Origin: Actinomycetota bacterium | GTDB lineage: Bacteria; Actinomycetota; Acidimicrobiia; IMCC26256; VFJJ01 | NCBI GenBank assembly: GCA_009886115.1 | Contig: VFJJ01000014.1 | Span: forward strand, 1-44,229 | Length of the DNA stretch: 44,229 bases | Direction of reading: 5' to 3' | Shown here: piece after piece, positions 20,640-30,564 of the stretch | How positions within the stretch are numbered: position 1 is the first letter of the stretch | Layout: each line of letters opens with the position of its first letter | Made by a program: the position numbers and the translations under genes | Notes under the pieces: model-generated | Database searches by the model: none | What the model saw: the letters and a program-made list of their open reading frames with translations, nothing else | What the model was told of the DNA's origin: nothing

Positions 20640-21440
20640 TTACCTGCCGCGCTCGGGACGGCTCTGGTGCGCCGCTCCCGGCCCGGGCATCCGGTCGCTG
20701 TCGGAGCCGACCTCGCCCTCGGCGTCGCGCTCGGGGGCGATCACGAGCAGCGTGCCGAGCTCGAGGCTCACCGCCGCATCGGAACCGGTCATCTCGTTGC
20801 TGACACCCCGGGTGGAGCCGGGTGTGAGGTCGTCGCCGATCAGGCGCCACCTCAGCCCGCGCGTGTGCACCGAACGGGCCGGTCCGAACACGGGGAGCAG
20901 GGTGACGAGATCGCCCTGGTCGCCCCGGTGGACGACGTTGCCGGGGCCGTGCAGAACGTGGACGGTCGCCCGTCCCAGCCGGGCGGTGATGGTGAGATCG
21001 GCGTTCAGCGGGCTCGCCAGCAACATCACGTTGGCCAGCAGATGGTCGAACCGGCCGCCCGGGCCGCCGAGCACGAGGATCGAGGTGTGGCCGTTGTCGC
21101 GAGCCGAGCGCAGCGCCAGCTCGAGGTCGGTCTCGTCCTTGTCGGTCGGATGCCGGTCGATGGCCACCCCGGCCGCGACCGCAGCGGCCAGTCCGTCGGC
21201 GCTGATGGAGTCGAGGTCGCCGACGAGGGCTCCCACCGTGAGTCCGAGCGTCCGGGCATGGTCGTAGCCCGAGTCGGCCGCGATGACGAACACGCCGGGG
21301 GGCAGCGCTCCAGCGAGGATCGGGGCCGGAGCATCGCCGCCGGCGACCACGACGCACGTGGCCCGTCGCGCGTCACCGGATCTGGGGGAGTCTGGCAGCG
21401 GAGAGTCGACCGACGCGGTGGTCGAGGTACGACGGGTCAT
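20640..21440 (-). CDS. thiN: Thiamine pyrophosphokinase
   Basis: IAADSG, VGDLDS, DKDETDLELAL, GGRFDHLLAN, RGVSNE; ATGA overlap with the upstream gene. Confidence 0.92.
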   Translation of the reverse strand: MTRRTSTTASVDSPLPDSPRSGDARRATCVVVAGGDAPAPILAGALPPGVFVIAADSGYDHARTLGLTVGALVGDLDSISADGLAAAVAAGVAIDRHPTDKDETDLELALRSARDNGHTSILVLGGPGGRFDHLLANVMLLASPLNADLTITARLGRATVHVLHGPGNVVHRGDQGDLVTLLPVFGPARSVHTRGLRWRLIGDDLTPGSTRGVSNEMTGSDAAVSLELGTLLVIAPERDAEGEVGSDSDRMPGPGAAHQSRPERGR

Positions 21441-22699
21441 GTCGGTGCGCGGTCGAACGTCGAGACCACCTCGATGTGCGACGTGTGCGGGAACAGGTCG
21501 AGGGTGGTCGCACCAGCGAACCGGTAGCCGAGACCGTCGAGGATGAGCGCGTCACGACCGAGCGCCGCGGGTTCGCAGCTCACCAGGACGATCCGAGCCG
21601 CGCCGGTGGCGGCGAGGCGTTGGGCGGCGTCCTTGCCCAGGCCCGTGCGCGGGGGATCGGCGATGACGAGATCGGCGGGCTGGGCGTGCCACCGCTCGAC
21701 CTGGGTCCGGATGATCTTCGGAGCCGGCTCGATGCCGGCGAGGTTGATGCGTGCGTCGGCGACCGCCGACGCCCCTGATTCCACCAGCACGAAACGGCAC
21801 CGGGCCCCGCGTGCGGCGAAGACCGCGGCGAACAGCCCGATGCCCGCATAGGCGTCGACGACCGTGAGCCCTTCGTCGAACGCCCGGCCCTCGGGCCGTT
21901 GGTCGTCGCCGCCGAGGCCCGCCCCGGCGTGGCGCGCAACCACCTCGACCAGGGCTTCCGCGGCCTCCGGTCCGGCTTGGAAGAACGACTCGGCCGAGAC
22001 CCGGAGGCGGCAACCGCCGACTTCCTCGTGGTACCAGAGCCGACGCCCGGCCCGGAGCTCGTCGAGGCCGACCACCCGCACGTCGGCAGGCAACTGGACC
22101 CCCCGGGCGTGCGGAGCGACCACGGCGATGCGCTCGCCGGTCCGGGCCCCGATGCGCACCGTGACCTCCTCGGCGTCGTCGAAGAGGCCATCGGTGAGCA
22201 GTGCGGTGAGCTGCGGATGGCCGACGAGGCAGTCGACGACGGTGAGCACGTCGTGCGATCGCCGGCGGCGCATGCCCAGGCGACCGTCGCTGACCGCGAA
22301 GCGCAACGTGGTACGGGTGCGCTCGACGGGCAGCTCGGGTCCGGCGCGCACCTCGGGATCCGCGATGCGACCCAGCCGGCGCAGGGCGTCGCGTACGATC
22401 TCGACCCGCAGGTCGCGCTGGCTCGCGGGGGCCACGTGCTGCCAGTCGCATCCCCCGCAGCCGTGGGCGACCTCGGGACATGGAGGATCGACGCGCTGCG
22501 GCGACGCCACCTCGACCGTCCGCACGACGGCCCGGGCGAAGTCCTTGCGTTGCTCGGTGATCTCGACCTCGACCCGTTCGCCGGGAAGGCCGCCGTGCAC
22601 GAAGACGACGCGCCCGTCGCTGTCGCGGGCCACACCTTCACCCCCGGTGGCCACTCGATCGACCGTCAGCACCATCCGGCTACCCGTCATCCCCGTCAC
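21437..22699 (-). CDS. TRAM-domain RNA (uracil-5)-methyltransferase, RlmD/TrmA family
   Basis: TRAM (GGEGVAR..GRVVFV.GGLPGERV), CPEVAHGCGGCDWQH, SFFQ, DPPRTG, VSCEP, DLFPHTSHIE. Confidence 0.93.
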   Translation of the reverse strand: MTGMTGSRMVLTVDRVATGGEGVARDSDGRVVFVHGGLPGERVEVEITEQRKDFARAVVRTVEVASPQRVDPPCPEVAHGCGGCDWQHVAPASQRDLRVEIVRDALRRLGRIADPEVRAGPELPVERTRTTLRFAVSDGRLGMRRRRSHDVLTVVDCLVGHPQLTALLTDGLFDDAEEVTVRIGARTGERIAVVAPHARGVQLPADVRVVGLDELRAGRRLWYHEEVGGCRLRVSAESFFQAGPEAAEALVEVVARHAGAGLGGDDQRPEGRAFDEGLTVVDAYAGIGLFAAVFAARGARCRFVLVESGASAVADARINLAGIEPAPKIIRTQVERWHAQPADLVIADPPRTGLGKDAAQRLAATGAARIVLVSCEPAALGRDALILDGLGYRFAGATTLDLFPHTSHIEVVSTFDRAPT

Positions 22700-22887
22700 G
22701 AGCGCAGGCTAGCGGGCAGCCGGGCCGGGCCGGCTGCCCGGCGAGCGGCGAAGCGCGCGGGCGCGCCGACACATCGCTCGGGGTGGAGGGTAGACATGAT
22801 GCCCGTCCCCCGGCGCGCCGACACGGGGGCCACGGACCGAACGAGATGGTGGAGATGATCGCTGCACGGCGAAGAACGCGCACGAGG

Positions 22888-24156
22888 ATGCCCCTCGATG
22901 CTCGCAGACGATCAGACCCGGGCCGGAGCCCGGGTCGGAGCACCGTCCGGAGAGGCTCCGGGCGGTGCCAGCTGGTGGTCGTGCTCGTGCTGGTTCTCGG
23001 TGCGAGCTGCTCGAGCAGCGACGACGGTGCCGGCACCGGATCGGCCGGACCGACGGTGGTGCCCACCACCAAGGCCGCAGCCTCGGCGACGGTCCCGGTC
23101 GCCGAGAGCACCTCGGCGCCGACGGCGCCGACGACGCCGACGACCACGACAGCCCCCACATCCACGACGGTTGGCGCGAGGTCGGTCACCGACTCGACGC
23201 CCGTGGTCGGTCCGGCCCAGCTCGGGGTGTACCGCGGTCCGGGAGGCTTCAACGACGAGCAGCTCGTCTCGTACATCGATTTCCTGGGCCGCCAGCCCGA
23301 CCTCGTCGAGGACTACCTCGACGTCGACACCTGGGCGAACCAGCAGTGGCCCGACTGGCAGTCGCAGCCGTGGCAGGCCTACCCACAGTATCGCCTGGTC
23401 CTCGGCGGGGCCTGCGTGTTCCCGGAGGGGCAGGGCTCATGGACCGAAGCGGCGACGGGGGCCTACGAGGACGAATGGCTCGTCCTCGGACAGAACCTGG
23501 TTGCCGGTGGTCAAGAGGACGCCATCGTGCGCATCGCCCACGAGTTCAACGCGTCGCACTTCCACTACGGCGTGACCCCGACGGAGGTCGAGAGCTTCAC
23601 CGAAGCCTGGCGACGATGTGTCGACACGCTGCGCTCGGTGCCGGGGCAGCGATTCACGTTCGACTGGAACCCCATCGCCGGCGTCTGGGACGGACTTCCC
23701 GACGCGGCCCAGGCCTACCCCGGAGACGCCTACGTCGACCGCATCGCGCTCGACGTCTACGACGGTAACTTCTATCCCCGGGGCTGGCGACCCGGCGTCG
23801 ATCCGCCGCCGACCCAGCAGATCCGCGACGACGTGTGGGATCACATCGTGAACGGACCCGACGGGCTCGAGCGCTGGCGCCAGTTCGCCGTCGAGCACGC
23901 CAAGCCCCTCAGCATCCCCGAATGGGGACTCCAGCTCTGGACCACTGGTGACGACGGGCTGGTGTGGGGCGGTGGTGACAACCCGGCCTTCATCGAACGG
24001 ATGCACGCAATCATCGCCGATCCCGCCTGGAACGTCGCGTACCACGCGTACTGGGAACAGCCCGGGTGCGGTCTGGCTGATGCCGTCAGGGCCGAGAGCT
24101 GTGTCGTGGACCCCGTCGACAGCCGAGCCGTGTTCCTCGACCTGTTCAGCACCTAG
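22888..24156 (+). CDS. GH26-family glycoside hydrolase, predicted lipoprotein
   Basis: Lipobox-like LGAS-C, Thr/Pro linker, RIAHEFN (acid/base), FDWNP, YPGDAYVD..ALDVYD, KPLSIPEWG (nucleophile). Start uncertain. Confidence 0.85.
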   Translation: MPLDARRRSDPGRSPGRSTVRRGSGRCQLVVVLVLVLGASCSSSDDGAGTGSAGPTVVPTTKAAASATVPVAESTSAPTAPTTPTTTTAPTSTTVGARSVTDSTPVVGPAQLGVYRGPGGFNDEQLVSYIDFLGRQPDLVEDYLDVDTWANQQWPDWQSQPWQAYPQYRLVLGGACVFPEGQGSWTEAATGAYEDEWLVLGQNLVAGGQEDAIVRIAHEFNASHFHYGVTPTEVESFTEAWRRCVDTLRSVPGQRFTFDWNPIAGVWDGLPDAAQAYPGDAYVDRIALDVYDGNFYPRGWRPGVDPPPTQQIRDDVWDHIVNGPDGLERWRQFAVEHAKPLSIPEWGLQLWTTGDDGLVWGGGDNPAFIERMHAIIADPAWNVAYHAYWEQPGCGLADAVRAESCVVDPVDSRAVFLDLFST

Positions 24157-24256
24157 TCACCTCGGCCGACGACGACCCTCGGCCCCAGGGTGATATCTGT
24201 TACATCTGTCCGAGAGGTCCTTTGCTTCCTGAGCGATCTCTGGTAGAGATGCACCT

Positions 24257-24685
24257 ATGCCTTACACCGACAACTTCCGCATCCCCCTGACGCTCGTCGA
24301 AGCCCGTGACGCCCTCGACAGCCTTCGGGTCGACAACGTCCTCCACGGCTCGTTGTGGGGTGTCTCGCTCCCGGCCGGACGGCTGCTGCTCACGAGCGAC
24401 CCGGTTGACCGGCCGTACCTCCCGTTCCTCGTGGGTCGTCGTGTCGACGGAGTCGTCGAGATCGGTCGTCGCCAGGTGCCCGTCGAGATCGAGGTCCTGC
24501 CGTTCTCGAACCGGGACTCCGAGCTCGTGCTCCGCATGAGCGACGAGAGCCCCCGATCGACCCGCTTCCTGCTCGCCAACGCCCGCACCGTCCGCAGCCT
24601 GGCCGAAGCCCTCGTGTGCTCCCTCGTGGGCGCTGCCGCCGACCTGGTCGAGGTCAGGCGGGATCTGGTCACCACCTCGGCCTGA
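24257..24685 (+). CDS. Hypothetical protein, 142 aa
   Basis: Fills the gap between GH26 and typA; GC-rich third codon positions; globular composition; no family recognised. Confidence 0.75.
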   Translation: MPYTDNFRIPLTLVEARDALDSLRVDNVLHGSLWGVSLPAGRLLLTSDPVDRPYLPFLVGRRVDGVVEIGRRQVPVEIEVLPFSNRDSELVLRMSDESPRSTRFLLANARTVRSLAEALVCSLVGAAADLVEVRRDLVTTSA

Positions 24686-24854
24686 CGTCGAACCTCGACG
24701 CGGTCGGCTCGTTCGATCGTGCCCGCCCCCGGACGCTCCCCCCGCGTCCCGAGGGCGGGAACCTTCGCGTCCGTTCCAGCCCGTCACGTCGGTCGTCCAG
24801 GGACGCAGCCCCCGGACCTGTACCATCGACGGGCCCCCAACCAGTGTCGGAGTC

Positions 24855-26759
24855 ATGATCGCGCGCCCTGAAACCACCCATGCCCAGCGTCACGATCTAC
24901 GCAACGTCGCCATCGTGGCCCACGTCGACCACGGCAAGACGACGTTGGTCGACGCCATGCTGTGGCAATCGGGCGTCTTCCGGGCGAACCAGAACGTCGG
25001 CGAGCGGGTCATGGACTCGAACGACCTCGAACGCGAGAAGGGCATCACCATCCTGGCCAAGAACACGGCCGTCCAATGGACGACCACCGCCGGCCAGCTC
25101 CTGACCGTCAACATCATCGACACCCCGGGCCACGCCGACTTCGGCGGCGAGGTCGAACGTGGTCTCACGATGGTCGACGGTGTGGTGCTCCTCGTCGACG
25201 CCGCCGAAGGGCCGTTGCCGCAGACCCGTTTCGTGCTGCGCAAGGCCTTCGAGTCGAAGCTGCCGGTCGTCGTGGTGATCAACAAGGTCGACCGTCACGA
25301 CGCCCGGTCGGCCGAGGTGCTCGACGAGGTCTACGAGCTGTTCATCGACCTCGGGGCCGACGACGAGCAGATCGACTTCCCGATCGTGTACGCCAACGCA
25401 CGCGCCGGGCGGGCCTCGCTCGACCCGGCCGATGCGGGCCTCGTGGCTCCTCCCGGTCCTGGTCACGGCGATCTGCAGCCCCTGTTCGACGTGCTCGTCG
25501 AGCGCATCCCGGCGCCGGCCCACGACCCCGAGCACCCCCTCCAGATGCTCGTCACCAACCTCGACGCCTCCCCGTACCTGGGCCGCCTGGCCCTGTGCCG
25601 GGTCAAGCACGGGACGATCAAGCGCGGCCAGCAGGTGGCGTGGTGCCGCATCGATGGCACGATCGTGCGCTTCCGGGTGGGCGACATGTTCATCACCGAG
25701 GCGCTCGACCGGGTGCCCGCCGAGGAGGCCGGCCCGGGCGACATCGTGGCCATCGCCGGTCTGGCCGACGTGATGATCGGCGAGACGCTGGCCGATCCCG
25801 ACGATCCCCGACCGCTGCCGATCATCCGGGTCGACGAGCCGTCGCTGGCCATGACCATCGGGATCAACACCTCGCCCCTCGCCGGCCAGGACGGCACCAA
25901 GCTCACCGCCCGTCAGGTCAAGGCCCGCCTCGACACCGAGCTCGTCGGCAACGTGTCGCTGGCGGTGCTGCCGACCGAGCGCCCCGACACGTGGGAGGTC
26001 CAGGGCCGCGGTGAGCTCCAGCTCGCCGTGCTCGTCGAGACGATGCGGCGAGAAGGTTTCGAGCTCACCGTCGGCAAGCCCCAGGTCGTGACCCGCGAGA
26101 TCGCCGGCTTGATCTGCGAGCCCATGGAGCGCATCGCGATCGACGTGCCCGAGGACTACCTCGGCGTCGTGACGCAGCTGCTCGCCCTGCGCAAGGGCCG
26201 GATGGAGCAGATGGTCAACCACGGGACGGGTTGGGTGCGCATCGAGTACCTCGTGCCGGCCCGGGGGCTCATCGGCTTCCGCACCGAGTTCCTCACCGAG
26301 ACCCGGGGCACCGGGATCTACCACCACGTGTTCGAGAAGTGGGAGCCGTGGCACGGCGAGCTCAAGTCGCGCCCGACGGGCTCGCTCGTCGCCGACCGGC
26401 GGGGCCCGACCACCACCTACACGCTCTTGAGCTTGCAGGAGCGCGGCACCCTGTTCGTGGGTCCAGGGGTCGAGGTGTACGAGGGGATGATCTGCGGCGC
26501 CAACGCACGCGCCGAGGACATGGACATCAACCCCACCAAGGAACGCAAGGTCACCAACATCCGCCAGGCCAACGCCGAGGAGCTGGTGCGACTCATCCCG
26601 CCGCGACAGATGTCGCTGGAGCAGGCGTTGGAGTTCATCGGCGACGACGAGTGCGTCGAGGCCACCCCCAAGAACGTCCGCCTCCGCAAGGCCGAGCTCG
26701 ACCAGAACCAGCGGGCCCGCAACCTCAAGCGCAAGAAGGAAGGCTCCGCCCCGAGCTGA
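24855..26759 (+). CDS. typA: Translational GTPase TypA/BipA
   Basis: [51 protein letters not shown]. Confidence 0.98.
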   Translation: MIARPETTHAQRHDLRNVAIVAHVDHGKTTLVDAMLWQSGVFRANQNVGERVMDSNDLEREKGITILAKNTAVQWTTTAGQLLTVNIIDTPGHADFGGEVERGLTMVDGVVLLVDAAEGPLPQTRFVLRKAFESKLPVVVVINKVDRHDARSAEVLDEVYELFIDLGADDEQIDFPIVYANARAGRASLDPADAGLVAPPGPGHGDLQPLFDVLVERIPAPAHDPEHPLQMLVTNLDASPYLGRLALCRVKHGTIKRGQQVAWCRIDGTIVRFRVGDMFITEALDRVPAEEAGPGDIVAIAGLADVMIGETLADPDDPRPLPIIRVDEPSLAMTIGINTSPLAGQDGTKLTARQVKARLDTELVGNVSLAVLPTERPDTWEVQGRGELQLAVLVETMRREGFELTVGKPQVVTREIAGLICEPMERIAIDVPEDYLGVVTQLLALRKGRMEQMVNHGTGWVRIEYLVPARGLIGFRTEFLTETRGTGIYHHVFEKWEPWHGELKSRPTGSLVADRRGPTTTYTLLSLQERGTLFVGPGVEVYEGMICGANARAEDMDINPTKERKVTNIRQANAEELVRLIPPRQMSLEQALEFIGDDECVEATPKNVRLRKAELDQNQRARNLKRKKEGSAPS

Positions 26760-26760
26760 C

Positions 26761-26832
26761 CCCTCCACCGCCCCAAGGCTCCACCCCTCCACCGCCTGAC
26801 CCCTCCACCCCTCCACCGCCCGAAGGCTCCAC
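26761..26832. repeat. 24-bp C-rich tandem repeat x3
   Basis: CCCTCCACCGCC-N6-CTCCAC units start at 26761, 26785 and 26809. Confidence 0.85.
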
Positions 26833-26836
26833 CGCC

Positions 26837-26887
26837 CGAAATTTGTGCAGGCAACGACGCTGGGCGTCGTTGCCTGCACAAATTTCG
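26837..26887. repeat. Perfect 24-bp inverted repeat (REP-like element or bidirectional terminator)
   Basis: CGAAATTTGTGCAGGCAACGACGC-TGG-GCGTCGTTGCCTGCACAAATTTCG between convergent genes. Confidence 0.92.
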
Positions 26888-26931
26888 TTGAGGTTGGTGT
26901 CGTTGGGGTGGGGGGGTGAGGCGACAGCGGG

Positions 26932-27933
26932 TCAGTGCAGGAGGCCGCGCTCGGCGAGGAGGGCCAGGACGATCCGGTCGGCGGGGGCGCAGCGTTCGCT
27001 GTCGGCGAGGGTGAGCCAGGCCAGCTCGGCGATCTCACCGCTGGCCTCGGGCTGGCCGTCGACGGCGCCCGTGTAGCAGATCATGCGCACGACGGCCTCG
27101 GCGCCGTGGCCGTGCGCCGGCGCCACGACGGTGGTGAGATGCTCGACGGTGTCGAGGCAGATGGTCACGCCGAGCTCCTCGGCCAGCTCTCGAGCCAGGG
27201 TCTCGCGGTCGTGCTCGCCCAACTCACGTTTGCCGCCCGGCAGGTAGAACGCGTCGCGGTCGACGCTGCGGACGTGCAACACCGCATTGTCGGCGACGTG
27301 CACCCAGGCGACGGTGTCGATCCAGACGGCCTCACTCGCAGTGCTCTCGAACTTGGCGGCCGGGACGTGAGCGTGCAGCAGGCGCTCGAGAAGCGAGATG
27401 GGATCGTCGTCGAACGCCACGGCCCGGGTGTGGGCCGGTCGCACGAATCCCTCCAACGTGGCGTGCAGCACGAACTGGCGCAGGTGCTCGTAGTAGCCGG
27501 CGACGTTCAAGAACCCCAAGGGCTTGCGGTGGATCCCGAGCTGCGACCACGTCCACATCTCGAAGATCTCCTCGAACGTGCCCGGTCCGCCCGGGAGCGC
27601 GATGAAGGCGTCACCGAGCGAGGCCATGGTCATCTTGCGAGCGTGCATGTCCTCGACGACGAGCAGGTCGGTGAGGCCGGGATGGGCGACCTCGGCGTTC
27701 ACGAGCTGGTGGGGGATCACACCGATCACCTCGCCCCCCGCCGCGAGGACGGCGTCGGCGACCACGCCCATGAGGCCGATCTGGGCTCCGCCGTAGACGA
27801 GCCCGAGGCCTTGCTCGGCCAGCAGCGTCCCGAGGGTCCGGGCGGCCTCGGTGTACTCGGGGCGCGTGCCGGTCGCCGATCCGCAATACACCGTGACCCG
27901 GCGGGGCTTCGAGCACGCTGCGATGTCAGTCAT
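26932..27933 (-). CDS. LOG-family (TIGR00730-type) phosphoribohydrolase fused to a NUDIX domain
   Basis: VYCGS, LVYGG...GLMG, MHARK, ALPGGPGTFEE, QLGIHRKP; then Nudix box PGGKRELGEHDRETLARELAEELGV in the same frame. Confidence 0.92.
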   Translation of the reverse strand: MTDIAACSKPRRVTVYCGSATGTRPEYTEAARTLGTLLAEQGLGLVYGGAQIGLMGVVADAVLAAGGEVIGVIPHQLVNAEVAHPGLTDLLVVEDMHARKMTMASLGDAFIALPGGPGTFEEIFEMWTWSQLGIHRKPLGFLNVAGYYEHLRQFVLHATLEGFVRPAHTRAVAFDDDPISLLERLLHAHVPAAKFESTASEAVWIDTVAWVHVADNAVLHVRSVDRDAFYLPGGKRELGEHDRETLARELAEELGVTICLDTVEHLTTVVAPAHGHGAEAVVRMICYTGAVDGQPEASGEIAELAWLTLADSERCAPADRIVLALLAERGLLH

Positions 27934-29545
27934 GGGTCGGCTCTCCTGGCCGAGGGTGCTCGTCGGCCGAGTGGGTGAGGGCCTGCGCTCGGAGCTGGTT
28001 CTTGGCGACCTTGCCGAGGAGCGAGCGGGGGAGCTCGTCGACGAGCCAGACGGCCCGGGGGCGTTTGAAGTCGGCCAGCTGCTCGCCGCAGGCCGCGCCG
28101 ATAGCGTTGACGAGATCGCTGGACCCGGCGGCACCGGATGCGATCACGAAGGCCACGGGCTGCTCGTCGAGCATCGTGTGGGGTCGGCCGACCACGGCCA
28201 CCTCCTCGACACCGGGCACCGCTGCGATGATGCGCTCGATCTCGGACGCGGCCACGTTCTCGCCGCCGACGCGCAGCATGTCCTTGGCCCGGTCGGCGAA
28301 GCTGAGGAAGCCGTCGGCATGGGCGGTGACGAGGTCGCCGGTGCGCATCCAGCCGTCGTCGGTGAACGCCGCCGCCGTCGCCTCGGGGTCGTGCAGGTAC
28401 TCGGCGAAGAGCGAGATCCCGCGGACCCCGCGCACGTGGAGCTCGCCGGTGTCGTCGGGCCCGACCTCGGCCCCGTCATCGTCACGGACCGAGATCCCGT
28501 ACTCGGGCGCCGGCCGGCCCATCGACATCGACCGATTGGGATGGTGCACGTCACCGACGATTCCGTGGGTGACCGTCTCGGTCATGCCCCACCAGCCGAT
28601 GGTCTTCACGCCCCAGCGGGCGTCGGTCGGGGGCTCGCACCACGCGTTGCCGACGAGCCGGAGGGTATGTTCGGCCGGCGGGTCGGTGTGCTGCAGGGCC
28701 CGCCACGAGAAGCGGGTGAGGGTGGTCCAGGTGCAGCGGTGTCGCTCGACGACGGGCCAGAACCGTGATGCCGAGAAGCGCGGCTGGAGCACGAGCGTGG
28801 CCCCGACCCACAACGATGCCAGCATCGAGTAGCACAGCGCGTTGATGTGGAACAGGGGCAGGTTCGCCAGGTGCACGTCGCTCGAGCGAAGGTCCTCGTG
28901 GCTGGCGCTGGTGCGCGCGCCCCAGAGGGCGTTGGCGTGGCTCAGCACGACGCCCTTGGGGCGGGCGGTCGTCCCCGACGTGTACTGGATGCCCATGGGT
29001 GCCATGGGATCGACGGGTCGGTCGGGTAGGCCGGCCGGATCTCCGCCGCGCTCGAACACCTCGAACCCGTCGCTGCCGCTACCGTCGTCGCAGACCGCGA
29101 CCCATCGGAGACGGTTACCGGCCGACGCATCGGCGCGAACGACGTTCGAGATCTCCGCGTCAGCGAAGATCGCCCCGGACACGTCGGCGTGCGCCATGCA
29201 GTACGCCAGCTCGTCGGTGGCCAGTCGGGTGTTGGTGGTCACGCAAACGGCTCCGACCCGGGCGCAGGCCAGCCAGCTCACGATGAACTCAGGTCGGTTG
29301 TCGAGGTGCAGAAGCACCCGATCGCCCGCTCGGACTCCCTTGCCGTACATGGCCGCGGCGACCTTCTGGCTCCTCTGGGCCAAGGCGCGGTAGCTGATGG
29401 GCTCGGCCGGCCCGTCGAACGGAGCCCAGACGATGGCCGGATGCTCGCCGCGGGCGCGGGCCTGCTGGTCGACGAGCCAGGCCACGTCGCGGCCGACGAA
29501 GGGATGCCGACCTGGCCCGGTCTGGCGCACTGCGGAACCGCTCAC
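27926..29545 (-). CDS. AMP-binding acyl-CoA ligase (CaiC-like)
   Basis: YTSGTTARPKG, LPLFHINA, WGMTE, TGD, DRAKDMLRVGGENV, GKVAK; GTGA overlap with the upstream gene. Confidence 0.93.
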   Translation of the reverse strand: MSGSAVRQTGPGRHPFVGRDVAWLVDQQARARGEHPAIVWAPFDGPAEPISYRALAQRSQKVAAAMYGKGVRAGDRVLLHLDNRPEFIVSWLACARVGAVCVTTNTRLATDELAYCMAHADVSGAIFADAEISNVVRADASAGNRLRWVAVCDDGSGSDGFEVFERGGDPAGLPDRPVDPMAPMGIQYTSGTTARPKGVVLSHANALWGARTSASHEDLRSSDVHLANLPLFHINALCYSMLASLWVGATLVLQPRFSASRFWPVVERHRCTWTTLTRFSWRALQHTDPPAEHTLRLVGNAWCEPPTDARWGVKTIGWWGMTETVTHGIVGDVHHPNRSMSMGRPAPEYGISVRDDDGAEVGPDDTGELHVRGVRGISLFAEYLHDPEATAAAFTDDGWMRTGDLVTAHADGFLSFADRAKDMLRVGGENVAASEIERIIAAVPGVEEVAVVGRPHTMLDEQPVAFVIASGAAGSSDLVNAIGAACGEQLADFKRPRAVWLVDELPRSLLGKVAKNQLRAQALTHSADEHPRPGEPTHD

Positions 29546-30546
29546 CCGAGCACGTGGGTGGCGACCCGGGATTGGTGCCACCGGGCGTCGCCGTAGGCCG
29601 GGAGGAGCGCCCAGACCCGCTTCATGAACAGGTGCAGATCGTGCTCGAGCGTGTAGGCGATGGCGCCGTGGCACTGCAGGCAGGCCTTGACCGCCACGCT
29701 GGCGGCCTCGGAGGCATAGACCTTGGCCATCGAGCAGTGCACCGATGCCAGCGGATCGCCGGCGTGGCGCGACCATGCCGCCCGATACACGACAGGCCGG
29801 GCGTAGGCCAGCTTCAACTCCACGTTGGCCAGATGGTGCTTGACCGCCTGATAGGAGCCGATCGGCACGCCGAACTGCTTGCGCTCCTTCACGTACTCGA
29901 CCGTGATGTCGAGCATCCGGGCGGCGAGGCCGCACAGTTGCGCCGCCACGGCGAGCGCGCCCCGGTCGCGCGCTGCACCAGCCAGAGCGGCTGCCGCCGG
30001 ACCCGACGCCAGCACCGGGCCCCCGTCGAGGACGCGAGGGTCGAGAGCGAACAGCGGCCGGGCCGCGTCGACGTTGGCCTGCGGTACGAGCGCGTAGGCG
30101 TCGGGGCTCAGCAGCTCGACGGTGTCGGCGGCGGCGCGCACCACCAGCCCCGCCCGATCGGCCCACGGCGCGTATTCGGCGCCGAAGGTCATGACGGCGA
30201 TCGTCGACCCGTCGGCGATGCCGGGCAGGTGCTCGGCGGCCACGGTGCCACCGATGGCCGCGAGGAGCGGGGCGACCACGGCGGTCGTCTCCACGAGCGG
30301 CTCGGGCAGGCCAGCGCGACCGGTCTCCTCCATGATCAGGACGAGGTCGAGATCGTCCATCCCCAAGCCCCCCATGGCTTCGGGGACGGTGAGACCGACC
30401 ACGCCCATGTCGGCGAGCTGCGGCCAGAGCTGCGAAGGCTCGCCGTTCCACGCCGAGCGCACCACCGAGGGCGGGCATTCCCGCACGAGGAAGTCGCGCA
30501 CCGCATCGCGGAACGCCAGCTGGTCGTCGGAGAAGGCGAAGTGCAT
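29542..30546 (-). CDS. Acyl-CoA dehydrogenase, short FadE32-like subunit
   Basis: YVKERKQFGVPIGSYQAVKHHLA, LQCHGAIAYTLEHDLHL; adjacent to a full-length ACAD, as in heterotetrameric FadE pairs. Confidence 0.9.
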   Translation of the reverse strand: MHFAFSDDQLAFRDAVRDFLVRECPPSVVRSAWNGEPSQLWPQLADMGVVGLTVPEAMGGLGMDDLDLVLIMEETGRAGLPEPLVETTAVVAPLLAAIGGTVAAEHLPGIADGSTIAVMTFGAEYAPWADRAGLVVRAAADTVELLSPDAYALVPQANVDAARPLFALDPRVLDGGPVLASGPAAAALAGAARDRGALAVAAQLCGLAARMLDITVEYVKERKQFGVPIGSYQAVKHHLANVELKLAYARPVVYRAAWSRHAGDPLASVHCSMAKVYASEAASVAVKACLQCHGAIAYTLEHDLHLFMKRVWALLPAYGDARWHQSRVATHVLG

Positions 30547-30564
30547 GCGCAGGCTCTTCCCGGG

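Noticed and set aside
26761..26832. Possible CRISPR array (also 41711-41779)
   Set aside because: Units are contiguous with no 30-40 bp unique spacers, and there are no cas genes.
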